Assembly: GCA_017406955.1 (NCBI GenBank)
Contig: JAFQXM010000007.1
Span: forward strand, 144,729-208,728
Reading direction: 5' to 3'
Source of the DNA: Bacilli bacterium
Lineage (GTDB): Bacteria > Bacillota_I > Bacilli_A > RF39 > UBA660
Length of the DNA stretch: 64,000 bases
Part shown: positions 36,203 through 46,138 of the stretch, piece after piece
Layout of the letters: each line of letters opens with the position of its first letter
Position numbering within the stretch: the first letter of the stretch is position 1
Made by a program: the position numbers and the translations under genes
The notes under the pieces: generated by a model
What the model was told of the DNA's origin: nothing
Seen by the model: only the letters and a program-made list of their open reading frames with translations
The model's database searches: none

Positions 36203-37915
36203 ATGCAAGGACAAATATTAGTAGTAAGTACTTTTATTCTTGTAAGTATAATGCTTATTTTTCTTATTGTGTACTTCACTAGAAAGATATTAGATAATAG
36301 CTATCGTAAAAAAGTTAGTGACTTAGAAGTTAAAAAGAACTTAGTAGCTTCTACTCCAGTATTATTAGAATTATCTAAAGTAGAACCAATTATTAAAAAT
36401 GATAAAATGGAAGAAAAATATAATAATTGGAATAATAAATTTATTAGTTTAAAAGAAAATGAATTAGTACAAATAGATGATATGTTAATAGATTTAGATA
36501 TGTATATAGAAAAAGGTGATTATAAAACCTGTACATATAGAATAGCTAAAACAGAAATGGAAATTTATAAAGCTAAAGAAATAGCTGAAACTATATTAGA
36601 AGAAGTAAAAGAAATAACTTTAAGTGAAGAAAAATATAGATCTATAGTTACTAAATTAAAAGCTAAATATAGAAAACTTACTAATGATTTTAATAATCAT
36701 AAAGAAATGTATGATGATATGCAAGAAGCAGTCGCATTACAATTAGAAAACATAGAAAAAAGATTCTTAGATTTTGAAAAAGTAATGGATAAGAATGAAT
36801 ATACAGAAGTAGTTCATATAGTAAAAGCTCTAGATACTATGATAGATCATATGGGTATAGTAGTAGAAGAAGTACCAGATATATTATTAATGTCTAGACA
36901 AATTATACCTAATAGAATGAAAGAAATAAAAGCAACTGCTGATAGTATGGTAAAAGAAGGATTCCCTATAGAATATTTAAATATAGATTATAATATAGAA
37001 GAATCTAAGAAAAACATTAATACTATAATTGATAAAGTAAAAGTATTAAACTTAGAAGATTGTATGTTTGAGCTTAAGACTATGCTTGAATATTTAGATA
37101 GTTTATTCGTAGATTTTGAAAAAGAAAGATTATCTAGAAAAGTATATGAAGAAATAGAAAAAGATTTTTCTAAAAAATTAAATAATACTAATAAGGTAGT
37201 AGATGATATTTATAATCAATTAGAAGATATAAAGAATATGTATGACTTAGATGAAGATGATATAGATATAATACATGATGTTAAAAAGACATTAGTAGTT
37301 ATAAATGATGATTATAAGAAATTACTAGCTAAAGAGAAAGCATCTTCTACACCATATTCTATATTACATAAAGAAATAGATGCTTTAACTAAAAGATTAA
37401 AGACTATGGAAGAAGATTTAGATGTAGCCTTAAAATCATTAGGTAATATGAAAGATGATGAAGAAAGAGCTAGAGAACAACTAGATGAAATAAAAGATTT
37501 CTTAAAACAATGTAAAGAGAAAATGAGAACTTATAAATTACCAATAATTACAGATAATTACTTTGTAGAGCTATCAGAAGCTAATGAGGCTATTGATGAA
37601 ATAATTAAAGAATTACAAAGAAAACCAATAGTTATTAAAACATTAAATACTAGAGTAGATACTGCTAGAGATTTAGTATTAAAACTATATAATACAACTA
37701 ATGAAATGATAAAGACTGCAAAGTTAGCTGAAATGGCTATAGTATATGGTAATAGATATAGATCTTTCTATGAAGAAGTAGATTTAGGATTATTAGATGC
37801 AGAAGATTTCTTTGCTAAAGGAGACTATAAAGGAGCTCTTGATATTTCTATAAAATCAACTTCTATTGTAGAAAAAGATATATATCAAAAATTACTTGAT
37901 ATTTATGATAATTAA
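36203..37915 (+). CDS. ezrA: Septation ring formation regulator EzrA
   Basis: Single N-terminal TM, about 560-aa coiled-coil protein. Position downstream of rpsD and upstream of thiI as in Bacillus. Confidence 0.8.
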   Translation: MQGQILVVSTFILVSIMLIFLIVYFTRKILDNSYRKKVSDLEVKKNLVASTPVLLELSKVEPIIKNDKMEEKYNNWNNKFISLKENELVQIDDMLIDLDMYIEKGDYKTCTYRIAKTEMEIYKAKEIAETILEEVKEITLSEEKYRSIVTKLKAKYRKLTNDFNNHKEMYDDMQEAVALQLENIEKRFLDFEKVMDKNEYTEVVHIVKALDTMIDHMGIVVEEVPDILLMSRQIIPNRMKEIKATADSMVKEGFPIEYLNIDYNIEESKKNINTIIDKVKVLNLEDCMFELKTMLEYLDSLFVDFEKERLSRKVYEEIEKDFSKKLNNTNKVVDDIYNQLEDIKNMYDLDEDDIDIIHDVKKTLVVINDDYKKLLAKEKASSTPYSILHKEIDALTKRLKTMEEDLDVALKSLGNMKDDEERAREQLDEIKDFLKQCKEKMRTYKLPIITDNYFVELSEANEAIDEIIKELQRKPIVIKTLNTRVDTARDLVLKLYNTTNEMIKTAKLAEMAIVYGNRYRSFYEEVDLGLLDAEDFFAKGDYKGALDISIKSTSIVEKDIYQKLLDIYDN

Positions 37916-37982
37916 AATATATAGATTTATTGATTTATATATTTTTTTTTGATAAAATATTTACGTTATTTGGGGTGATATT

Positions 37983-39167
37983 ATGGATAAAATAATACTT
38001 ATTAAGTATGGGGAATTAAATACTAAAAAAGGTAATAGAAATTTTTTTATAAATACTTTATATAAGAATGTTTTAAATAGTTTAAAAGATTATGATGTTA
38101 AAATATCTAAAGATAGAGCTCGTATGTATATAGAGTTTAAAGATGAAGATTTAGATAGTATTAAAAGTATTATAGATAAAATATTTGGTATTTATAAGTA
38201 TCATATTGCTTATATTGTTAATACTAATATTGAAGATATTAAATCTAAAGTATTAGAAATAGTTAAAAAAGAAGACTTTAATACTTTTAAAGTTGAAAGT
38301 AATAGAAGTTATAAAGAATTCCCTCTTAATAGTTTAGAATTATCTAAAACTTTAGGTGGAGTAATTCTCAAAAATATAGATAGTATTAAAGTAGATGTCC
38401 ATAATCCAGAACTTTTAGTAAATGTAGAAGTTAGAGAAAAGAAAAGTTATATATATTTAAATAGTTATATGGGTAGTGGAGGATATCCTGTTGGTGTTCA
38501 ACCTAAAGGTATGCTTATGCTCAGTGGAGGAATAGATTCTCCAGTTGCGGGATATCTTGCTTTAAAAAGAGGTATGACTTTGGATGCAGTTTATTTTGAA
38601 GCTATTCCACATACTAGTATAGAAGCTCGTAATAAAGTTATTACATTAGCTAAAAAATTACTTCCATATGGTACTAATATAAATTTACATATAGTTAATT
38701 TTACTAAAATACAAGAAGCAATATATAAAAATTGTCATTCTAATTATGTTATTACTATTATGCGTAGAATGATGTATCGTATTATGGAAAAAATTGTTAA
38801 TAAGTATAATGGTTATGTAATAGTTAATGGAGAATCTATTGGACAAGTAGCTTCTCAAACATTAACTAGTATGAAAGTTATTAATGATGTAACTAGTATT
38901 CCAGTAATAAGACCAGTTGCTTGTCTAGATAAATTAGAAATAATAGATATTGCGAAAAAAATAGATACATATGAGACTAGTATTTTACCATATGAAGATT
39001 GTTGTACTGTGTTTGTTCCTAAACATCCAGTAATTAATCCTACTATAGAAGCTTCAGAGATAGAAGAGAATGAATTTAATTATGAAGAAATGATTAATGA
39101 AGCAGTAAATTCTATAGAAACAATTAAGATAAAAAAAGATGAAAAAGAGTTTAGTTCTTTGTTATAA
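37983..39167 (+). CDS. thiI: tRNA 4-thiouridine synthase ThiI
   Basis: THUMP region and PP-loop SGGIDSPVAGY. Confidence 0.9.
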   Translation: MDKIILIKYGELNTKKGNRNFFINTLYKNVLNSLKDYDVKISKDRARMYIEFKDEDLDSIKSIIDKIFGIYKYHIAYIVNTNIEDIKSKVLEIVKKEDFNTFKVESNRSYKEFPLNSLELSKTLGGVILKNIDSIKVDVHNPELLVNVEVREKKSYIYLNSYMGSGGYPVGVQPKGMLMLSGGIDSPVAGYLALKRGMTLDAVYFEAIPHTSIEARNKVITLAKKLLPYGTNINLHIVNFTKIQEAIYKNCHSNYVITIMRRMMYRIMEKIVNKYNGYVIVNGESIGQVASQTLTSMKVINDVTSIPVIRPVACLDKLEIIDIAKKIDTYETSILPYEDCCTVFVPKHPVINPTIEASEIEENEFNYEEMINEAVNSIETIKIKKDEKEFSSLL

Positions 39168-39237
39168 TTTACCAGTAGAAATTACGTATTATTTGTAGAA
39201 TTTTTCACAACCTATAAGTGTATAGGAGGTGAAACAC

Positions 39238-39450
39238 ATGAATAACAACTCTAATAATACAATGAAGATGAGAGTTCCAGGAGCTAAACAAGCTATCGAT
39301 AAAATGAAATATGAAATAGCTAACGAATTTGGTGTTAATTTAGGACCAGATGCTAGTAGTCGTGCTAACGGATCAGTTGGTGGTGAAATTACTAGACGTT
39401 TAGTTCAAAATGGATTAAACCAAGTTAGTGGAAGCTATAACAATAAATAA
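39238..39450 (+). CDS. Small acid-soluble spore protein, alpha/beta type
   Basis: [23 protein letters not shown]...[24 protein letters not shown]. Confidence 0.85.
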   Translation: MNNNSNNTMKMRVPGAKQAIDKMKYEIANEFGVNLGPDASSRANGSVGGEITRRLVQNGLNQVSGSYNNK

Positions 39451-39462
39451 GTGTAGCTTAAA

Positions 39463-39487
39463 AGATAGGTAAATCCTATCTTTTTTG
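39463..39487 (+). terminator. Rho-independent terminator after the SASP gene
   Basis: agatagg/taaat/cctatct followed by tttttg. Confidence 0.55.
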
Positions 39488-39555
39488 TTTAAATTAATTG
39501 ACTTTTATTTCTAGGTTTGTTAATATACATTTAGTTTTGGAAAAGAGGTATGTAT

Positions 39556-40746
39556 ATGAAATTATTAGCAATTAATGCAGGAAGTAGTTCATTAAAATTT
39601 AGTTTATTTGATATGAGTAATGAATCTATCATTGCTTCTGGTTTATTTGAACGTATTGGTGATACTGGTTCTTGTTATAGTATTAAATTTAATGGAGAAA
39701 AAATCAAAGAAACTATTGAAATGAATGATCATAATATTGCAGTTAAGATTCTATTAGATAGACTTATTAATAATAAAATAGTTGATTCTCTAGAAGAAAT
39801 TGAAGCTGTAGGACATAGAATTGTTCATGGAGCAGATAAGTATTCTGAAAGTGTAAAAATTACAGATGAAGTAATTAAAGATATAGAAGCTTTTAAGGAT
39901 TTAGCACCATTACACAACCCAGCTGGATTAAAGGGAATAGAAGCTTTTAAAGAAAATATTCCAGATGCTAATATGGTAGCTTGTTTTGATACAGCATTCC
40001 ATCAAACTATGGATGAGACTAGTTTTCTATATCCAGTACCATATGAATGGTATGAAGAAAATGGAGTACGCAAATATGGATTCCATGGATTAAGTCATAA
40101 ATATATTAGTGAAAAAATGTGTGATGTATTAGGTAAAAAAGCAAACTTAATTATATGTCATATTGGTAGTGGAGCGTCTATTTCAGCAGTTAAGGAAGGT
40201 AAGTGTATAGATACTTCTATGGGGCTTTCTACTAATGCTGGTATTATGATGGGAACTCGTTCTGGAGATATAGATTATTCTATTATTACACACATTATGA
40301 GAGAAAGAAATATGACTTTTGATGAAGTATTAGATGCTTTAAATAAGAAAAGTGGATTACAAGGTATTGCGGGAGCAAATGATTTACGTGATATAGATGA
40401 AGGATTTGAGAAAGGTGATCCTAAAACAGTACTTGCAGTTAATATGTACGTTAAAAGAATAGCTGAATATATTGCTAAATACTATGTTGTTGGATTAAAT
40501 GGAGAAGTTGACGCTATATGCTTTACTGCAGGTGGTGGAGAAAACGATCCTCTTATCAGAAAAGAAGTATTAAATAAATTAACTTCATTAGGAATTAATG
40601 TTGATGAAGCTAAGAATGAAGAAACTGTAGTACGTAAAGATAAAGAAGGACTTATTACTACAGATGATTCTAAAGTTCCAGTATATGTATTTGGAACAGA
40701 TGAAGAATTAATGATAGCTAGAGATACTAATGTATTAAGTAAATAA
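39556..40746 (+). CDS. ackA: Acetate kinase, paralog 1
   Basis: LAINAGSSSLKF, GFHGLSHKY, CHIGSGASI motifs. Confidence 0.9.
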   Translation: MKLLAINAGSSSLKFSLFDMSNESIIASGLFERIGDTGSCYSIKFNGEKIKETIEMNDHNIAVKILLDRLINNKIVDSLEEIEAVGHRIVHGADKYSESVKITDEVIKDIEAFKDLAPLHNPAGLKGIEAFKENIPDANMVACFDTAFHQTMDETSFLYPVPYEWYEENGVRKYGFHGLSHKYISEKMCDVLGKKANLIICHIGSGASISAVKEGKCIDTSMGLSTNAGIMMGTRSGDIDYSIITHIMRERNMTFDEVLDALNKKSGLQGIAGANDLRDIDEGFEKGDPKTVLAVNMYVKRIAEYIAKYYVVGLNGEVDAICFTAGGGENDPLIRKEVLNKLTSLGINVDEAKNEETVVRKDKEGLITTDDSKVPVYVFGTDEELMIARDTNVLSK

Positions 40747-40768
40747 AGACTGAAGTCTTTATTTTTTT
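40745..40768 (+). terminator. Rho-independent terminator after ackA paralog 1
   Basis: aaagac/tgaa/gtcttt followed by atttttttg. Confidence 0.55.
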
Positions 40769-40835
40769 GTTATTTGACATACAAACAATTGTATGATATT
40801 GTGAAGTTATACATTACATATAAAGGGGGATTCGT

Positions 40836-41720
40836 ATGAATAATGTAGTTGAAAAACAAACAAAAATAGAAGATATGATTTATGAAATTAGAGGAAAGCA
40901 AGTAATGTTAGATTCGGATTTGGCCAATCTCTATAAATGTGTTAATGGGACTAAAGATATAAATAAAGCTGTTAAAAGAAATGAAGAAAGATTTCCAGAT
41001 AATTATATGTTTCAATTAACTGAAGAAGAATATAATTCTTTAAGGTTCCAAATTGGAACCTTAAAAGGTGGTAGAGGACAACATGTTAAGTATTTACCAC
41101 ATGTATTTACAGAGCAAGGCATAGCTATGTTATCAAGTGTACTCCATACTGAAAGAGCAATAAAAACAAGTATTAAAATAATTAATACATTTGTTTCCAT
41201 GAGAAAGTATATTTCAACTAATTTGATTGAACAAAAATATATAAATAATCAAGTATTAAAAAATACTGAAGATATTAAATTATTACAAGAATCATTTAAT
41301 AAATTGGAAGAAAAAAGAAAAGTTAACGAAATATATTTTAATGGCCAAATATATGATGCATATTCTAAAGTGTTAGAAATATTTAACGAAGCTAAAGATA
41401 GGCTAATAATAGTAGATTCTTATGCAGATAATACTATTTTAGATATTGTAAAAAGATTAAAAGTAAAAGTTATAATTATAACTAAACCTAATAACTTATT
41501 AACTAAACAAGATATTAATAAATATAACAAACAATATCATAATTTAAAAGTAATACATAACAATACATTTCATGATAGGTATTTTGTGTTAGATAATAAA
41601 AAAGTATATCATTGTGGAGCTAGTATAAATAGAATTGGTTATAAAACATTTTCTATTAATTTAATTAGTGATATAGATGCTTGTAATCTTTTAATAGAAT
41701 TAATAAATAATATGATATAA
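40836..41720 (+). CDS. ORF6N-domain protein (phage antirepressor-like; ORF6N plus C-terminal domain)
   Basis: IRGKQVMLDSDLANLY...ERFPDNYMFQLTEEE...KYLPHVFTEQGIAMLSSVL is the ORF6N signature. Confidence 0.8.
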   Translation: MNNVVEKQTKIEDMIYEIRGKQVMLDSDLANLYKCVNGTKDINKAVKRNEERFPDNYMFQLTEEEYNSLRFQIGTLKGGRGQHVKYLPHVFTEQGIAMLSSVLHTERAIKTSIKIINTFVSMRKYISTNLIEQKYINNQVLKNTEDIKLLQESFNKLEEKRKVNEIYFNGQIYDAYSKVLEIFNEAKDRLIIVDSYADNTILDIVKRLKVKVIIITKPNNLLTKQDINKYNKQYHNLKVIHNNTFHDRYFVLDNKKVYHCGASINRIGYKTFSINLISDIDACNLLIELINNMI

Positions 41721-41737
41721 TATAATAGAGGTGTTTA

Positions 41738-42112
41738 ATGAAAAAAGGAAAAGTGATAAATAAATTATATTGGATGAGTATAGTTTTGTGGATTTTATTA
41801 TCTTTATATAATATTTGGAAAAACTATTATATTAATTTATGTAACCATAAATGTTATGGTTATGATTGTGGTGCATATACTTTGCCATATAGAATTAATG
41901 AAGGTAGTGCAATTTGTATTAATAATAAGTTAGATTTATTTTATAACAATAACTATTATTTAATTGATAGGTTCTTTGGTATTTTAGGATTAATAACACT
42001 CATACTTAGTGTTGTTTTATTAATAACCTTTATTAAGAGGAAAGATATAAAGAAAGTAGTAAGTATAATAATTTTTCCTATAATTATATTTTTTATATTA
42101 ATGTTTAGATAG
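41738..42112 (+). CDS. Small membrane protein, unknown
   Basis: Two or three TM segments; SD aggtg upstream. Confidence 0.4.
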   Translation: MKKGKVINKLYWMSIVLWILLSLYNIWKNYYINLCNHKCYGYDCGAYTLPYRINEGSAICINNKLDLFYNNNYYLIDRFFGILGLITLILSVVLLITFIKRKDIKKVVSIIIFPIIIFFILMFR

Positions 42113-42180
42113 TTTAACTATCTTTTCTTTTGGACCTTTTTATAGTATAATACTAATAGATTTAGAAAAGAGGTTGATTT

Positions 42181-43362
42181 ATGAAAATTATATCAATTAA
42201 TACAGGAAGTAGTTCATTAAAATTTAGTTTATTTGATATGAGTAATGATACTGTTATTGCGTCTGGTCTTTTTGAACGTATTGGTATAGATGGTAGTTGT
42301 TATACTATCAAGTTTAATGGTGAAAAAATAGAAGAAGAAATAGAGATGAATTCTCATGTAGATGCAGTTAAGTTATTATTAGATAAATTAATTAGTTTAG
42401 AAATAATAAACTCTTTAAATGAAATAAATGGAGTAGGACATAGACTTGCTCATGGTAAAGAAAAATATAAAGAATCAGTTATAATTACTGATGAAGTAGT
42501 AGAAGATTTAAAATCTTTTACAGATTTTGCACCTCTACATATACCTGCTAATATATTAGGTATCAATGCTTTTAGAGAAGTATTACCTGAAGTTAAAATG
42601 GTAGGAGTATTTGATACTACATTCCATCAATCACTAGATAAAGAAACATATCTTTATCCAGTACCATATCATTGGTATGAAAAGTATGGAGTTCGTAAAT
42701 ATGGATTCCATGGTACTTCTCATAGATATATATCTAAAAAGGTAAAAGAATTACTTGGAAGAGATGAATTTAAATTAATTAGTTGTCATATAGGTAGTGG
42801 TGGTAGTATTGCAGCTATCAAAGATGGTAAGAGTGTTGATACTACTATGGGATTTACTCCTTTACCAGGTATTGTTATGTGTACTAGAAGTGGCGATATA
42901 GATCCTTCTATAGTTCCTTATATTATGGAGAAAGAAGGTAAGAATGCCGGAGAAGTATTTGAAGATCTAAATACTGTTAGTGGTGTTTTAGGATTAAGTG
43001 AATATAGTAGTGATATGAGAGATATAGTTGCTAAAGCAGAAGAGGGCGATGAAAAAGCAATTATTGCTAAGAATAAATTTGTAAGAAGCGTGGTTAATTA
43101 TATAGCTCAGTATTATGTATTACTAGGAGGAGCGGATATTATAGTATTAACTGCGGGTATTGGTGAGAATAATGCTTTAATTAGAAAACAAATTTGTGAT
43201 GAATTAGAGTGTCTTGGGGTAAAAATAGATGAAGATGCTAATAATAAACGTGGAGAGTTTATTAAACTTAGTACAGAAGATTCTAAAATATTAGTATATG
43301 TAATACCTACAGATGAAGAGTTAATGATTGCTAGAGATACTCTAAATTTAATAAATAGATAG
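42181..43362 (+). CDS. ackA: Acetate kinase, paralog 2
   Basis: ISINTGSSSLKF, GFHGTSHRY, CHIGSGGSI. About 60% identity to paralog 1 over the whole protein, higher at the N-terminus. Confidence 0.9.
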   Translation: MKIISINTGSSSLKFSLFDMSNDTVIASGLFERIGIDGSCYTIKFNGEKIEEEIEMNSHVDAVKLLLDKLISLEIINSLNEINGVGHRLAHGKEKYKESVIITDEVVEDLKSFTDFAPLHIPANILGINAFREVLPEVKMVGVFDTTFHQSLDKETYLYPVPYHWYEKYGVRKYGFHGTSHRYISKKVKELLGRDEFKLISCHIGSGGSIAAIKDGKSVDTTMGFTPLPGIVMCTRSGDIDPSIVPYIMEKEGKNAGEVFEDLNTVSGVLGLSEYSSDMRDIVAKAEEGDEKAIIAKNKFVRSVVNYIAQYYVLLGGADIIVLTAGIGENNALIRKQICDELECLGVKIDEDANNKRGEFIKLSTEDSKILVYVIPTDEELMIARDTLNLINR

Positions 43363-43365
43363 GAA

Positions 43366-44319
43366 ATGAATATGTATAAAGAAATATATAAGAAAATAAA
43401 AAAATATAATAATATAGTGATTGCTAGACATATAGGACCAGATCCAGATGCTTTAGCGAGTCAAATAGCTTTAAGAGATTCTATTAAGTTAACTTTTCCT
43501 GAAAAAAAAGTTTTGGCTGTTGGTAGTGGTAGTAGTAAGTTTTCTTTTATTGGATCATTAGACAAAGTAGAAGAATTAGATAACGCATTACTTATTGTTA
43601 CTGATACACCTGATATAAAACGTGTTGATGGAATAGATTTATCTAATTTTAGTTATAAAATAAAAATAGATCACCATCCATTTATTGAAAAGTTTTGCGA
43701 TATAGAATTTATTGATGATAGTAGATCTTCTGCATGTGAAATTATCATGGATTTAATTTTAAATACTAAATTAAGATGTAATAAGAGTATTGCTAAAACA
43801 TTATATACTGGATTAGTATCTGATTCTAATAGATTCTTATTTAATAGTTGTACTCCTAAGACATTTAAGTTAGTATCTGAGTATTTATCTAATTATAAAT
43901 TTGATATATCTAAAATATATCAAAAACTATATGCTAGACCTCTAAATGAAATAAGATTAGAAGGATATATTTCTTCTAATATGGAAGTTACTAAGAATGG
44001 TTTAGGTTATATTAAAATAACTGATAAAGTAGTTAAAGAATATGGAGTAGATGCAGCTTCTGCAGGTAACATGGTAAATAACTATAATTTTATAGAAGAA
44101 GTATTAGTATGGGTTACTATGACTGAAGATATTAATAATGATCAAATTAGAATATCTATTAGATCCAGAGGCCCTGCAGTTAATAAAGTTGCTGAAAAGT
44201 ATAATGGTGGAGGTCATAAACTTGCATCTGGCGTTAAAGCTAAAACATTTACGGAAGCTAATAAATTAATAAAAGATTTAGATAGATTACTTGAGGATTA
44301 TAATAAGGAGAGTGAATAA
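43366..44319 (+). CDS. DHH/DHHA1 family phosphoesterase (NrnA-like oligoribonuclease/pAp phosphatase)
   Basis: ARHIGPDPDALAS (DHH motif I), DHH at IKIDHHP, C-terminal GGGH (DHHA1). Confidence 0.8.
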   Translation: MNMYKEIYKKIKKYNNIVIARHIGPDPDALASQIALRDSIKLTFPEKKVLAVGSGSSKFSFIGSLDKVEELDNALLIVTDTPDIKRVDGIDLSNFSYKIKIDHHPFIEKFCDIEFIDDSRSSACEIIMDLILNTKLRCNKSIAKTLYTGLVSDSNRFLFNSCTPKTFKLVSEYLSNYKFDISKIYQKLYARPLNEIRLEGYISSNMEVTKNGLGYIKITDKVVKEYGVDAASAGNMVNNYNFIEEVLVWVTMTEDINNDQIRISIRSRGPAVNKVAEKYNGGGHKLASGVKAKTFTEANKLIKDLDRLLEDYNKESE

Positions 44320-44320
44320 T

Positions 44321-44911
44321 ATGGTAATTAAAAGCGCTAACTTAGAAGTCATTGCTACAAGACGTAGCCAATATCCTACTACTTCAAAAAGTGAGTTTCT
44401 ACTTGTAGGAAGAAGTAATGTAGGTAAAAGTAGTTTTATAAATGCAATACTTTCTAGAAAAAATTTAGCTTATACATCATCTCGTCCCGGAAAGACTCAA
44501 ACACTAAATTTTTATTGTGTTAATAATAACTTCTATTTAATAGATGTTCCTGGATATGGATATGCACAAGTTGATAAAAAAACACAAGCTAAGTTTGGTA
44601 TGATGATAGAAGATTACTTAGAAAAAAGAAAAGAATTAAAAAGAGTGTTTATGCTTGTTGACTTCAGACATAAACCTACTGAAGATGACTTACTTATGTA
44701 TAATTTCTTAAAATATTATAACCTTCCAGTAACAGTAATTGCTACTAAAGCTGACAAAGTAGGTGGAAGTAAAAAACAAAAACATTTAAAAGATATACTT
44801 GATACTCTAGATTTAGTAGTAGGAGATGATTTAATAGTTTTCTCTAGTAATACTAAATTAGGAGTAAAAGAAGTACTAAGTAAAATAGAAAGTCTAATTG
44901 AAACAAATTAG
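44321..44911 (+). CDS. engB: Ribosome biogenesis GTP-binding protein YihA/YsxC
   Basis: GRSNVGKSS G1 motif and DVPGYG. Start reset to MVIKS, which has an AAGGAG SD. Confidence 0.85.
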   Translation: MVIKSANLEVIATRRSQYPTTSKSEFLLVGRSNVGKSSFINAILSRKNLAYTSSRPGKTQTLNFYCVNNNFYLIDVPGYGYAQVDKKTQAKFGMMIEDYLEKRKELKRVFMLVDFRHKPTEDDLLMYNFLKYYNLPVTVIATKADKVGGSKKQKHLKDILDTLDLVVGDDLIVFSSNTKLGVKEVLSKIESLIETN

Positions 44912-44942
44912 TCTTTTTTCATATATTAAATTAGGTGAATAT

Positions 44943-45392
44943 ATGAAAATAGAAATAATAGATAAAGATAGTGTATATTTTTTTATAAATAGTATGTATA
45001 TATCTAATATAGATTTAAATTCTAAAGAAGATATTATTTCCTTTGTAAAAAAATTAATAATTAAATACCATAAAAAATTAAATATGAAAGGTTTTTATAA
45101 GGCTATAGTATATACTAATAAAAAAGTAGGTTTATTCATAGAAGTATCTAAAATAGATGATAGTTTGTATATGAACTCTTTAGATTTAAAAATAATAGTA
45201 AATATGAATGAAAAAGTATATTTTAAAACAAAAGAATATAATATATTACCTAATAATAAAAAATATTATTATAATAAATACTTTTATTGTGATGTTTCAA
45301 GTGTAAATAAAATTATAGATATAGTAGATTATGGAGTTTTTATATATGGAAATGAATTAGATAATATTAGAAATAAATTAATTACTATTTAG
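44943..45392 (+). CDS. Hypothetical protein
   Basis: ORF with aggtga SD; no recognisable motif. Confidence 0.4.
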   Translation: MKIEIIDKDSVYFFINSMYISNIDLNSKEDIISFVKKLIIKYHKKLNMKGFYKAIVYTNKKVGLFIEVSKIDDSLYMNSLDLKIIVNMNEKVYFKTKEYNILPNNKKYYYNKYFYCDVSSVNKIIDIVDYGVFIYGNELDNIRNKLITI

Positions 45393-45439
45393 CTTTAAAT
45401 TAAATTATTTATCTAGTATAATATAATTAGGTGAGTAGT

Positions 45440-46123
45440 ATGAATAAGAATAAAAAGATGATGGTAATACTTATAAGTTTAATATTTACTATATTTCTAT
45501 TAACAGGTTACTTTATAGTAAGTAGTGTAGTTGAGTTAAAAACATTTAATGGTGAAATAAATAAATTAGAAAAATTTGATATTACAAAAGATAATAAAAT
45601 GGTTATTAAAACACATGGTAATTATAAAAAAGTAGAAAAAAGTATAAAAAGTTATTTATATAATTGTTCTAAAGATTATAAAAGTATTACAAATATCACA
45701 AATAATAAAGAGTTTAAAAAAGTTTTATCTGCAGAGAATTATAAAAAAGATGGACCAGAGTTTAATAATAGTATACAACTAATAAATAAGTTAGAAAAAG
45801 AGTATGAAAACAATTCTAAGAAATTAAGTGCTTGTCATAGTAATAAAAAATTAAAAGATAATATAAAAAATATTAATAAAAAAGACTTATCTTTATATAA
45901 TGAAGCTATGTATAATAGTGATATTATAACTAACTTAGATAAATCACTAAAGAAAGCTAATAAATCTAAAGAACATACAAAACAAGTATTAGATAATACT
46001 TTAGAAGTAATAAATTTATTAAAGAGTAATAAAGATAAATGGGAGATCAAAAAGAATAAAATAGTATTTAATGATTATAAGGTATACGAGAAGTATAATG
46101 AATTGATAAAAAGAGTCAAATAA
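45440..46123 (+). CDS. Hypothetical N-terminally anchored membrane protein
   Basis: TM MMVILISLIFTIFLLTGYFIV followed by a Lys-rich helical region. Confidence 0.45.
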   Translation: MNKNKKMMVILISLIFTIFLLTGYFIVSSVVELKTFNGEINKLEKFDITKDNKMVIKTHGNYKKVEKSIKSYLYNCSKDYKSITNITNNKEFKKVLSAENYKKDGPEFNNSIQLINKLEKEYENNSKKLSACHSNKKLKDNIKNINKKDLSLYNEAMYNSDIITNLDKSLKKANKSKEHTKQVLDNTLEVINLLKSNKDKWEIKKNKIVFNDYKVYEKYNELIKRVK

Positions 46124-46138
46124 AAAAGAGGTTTCCCT

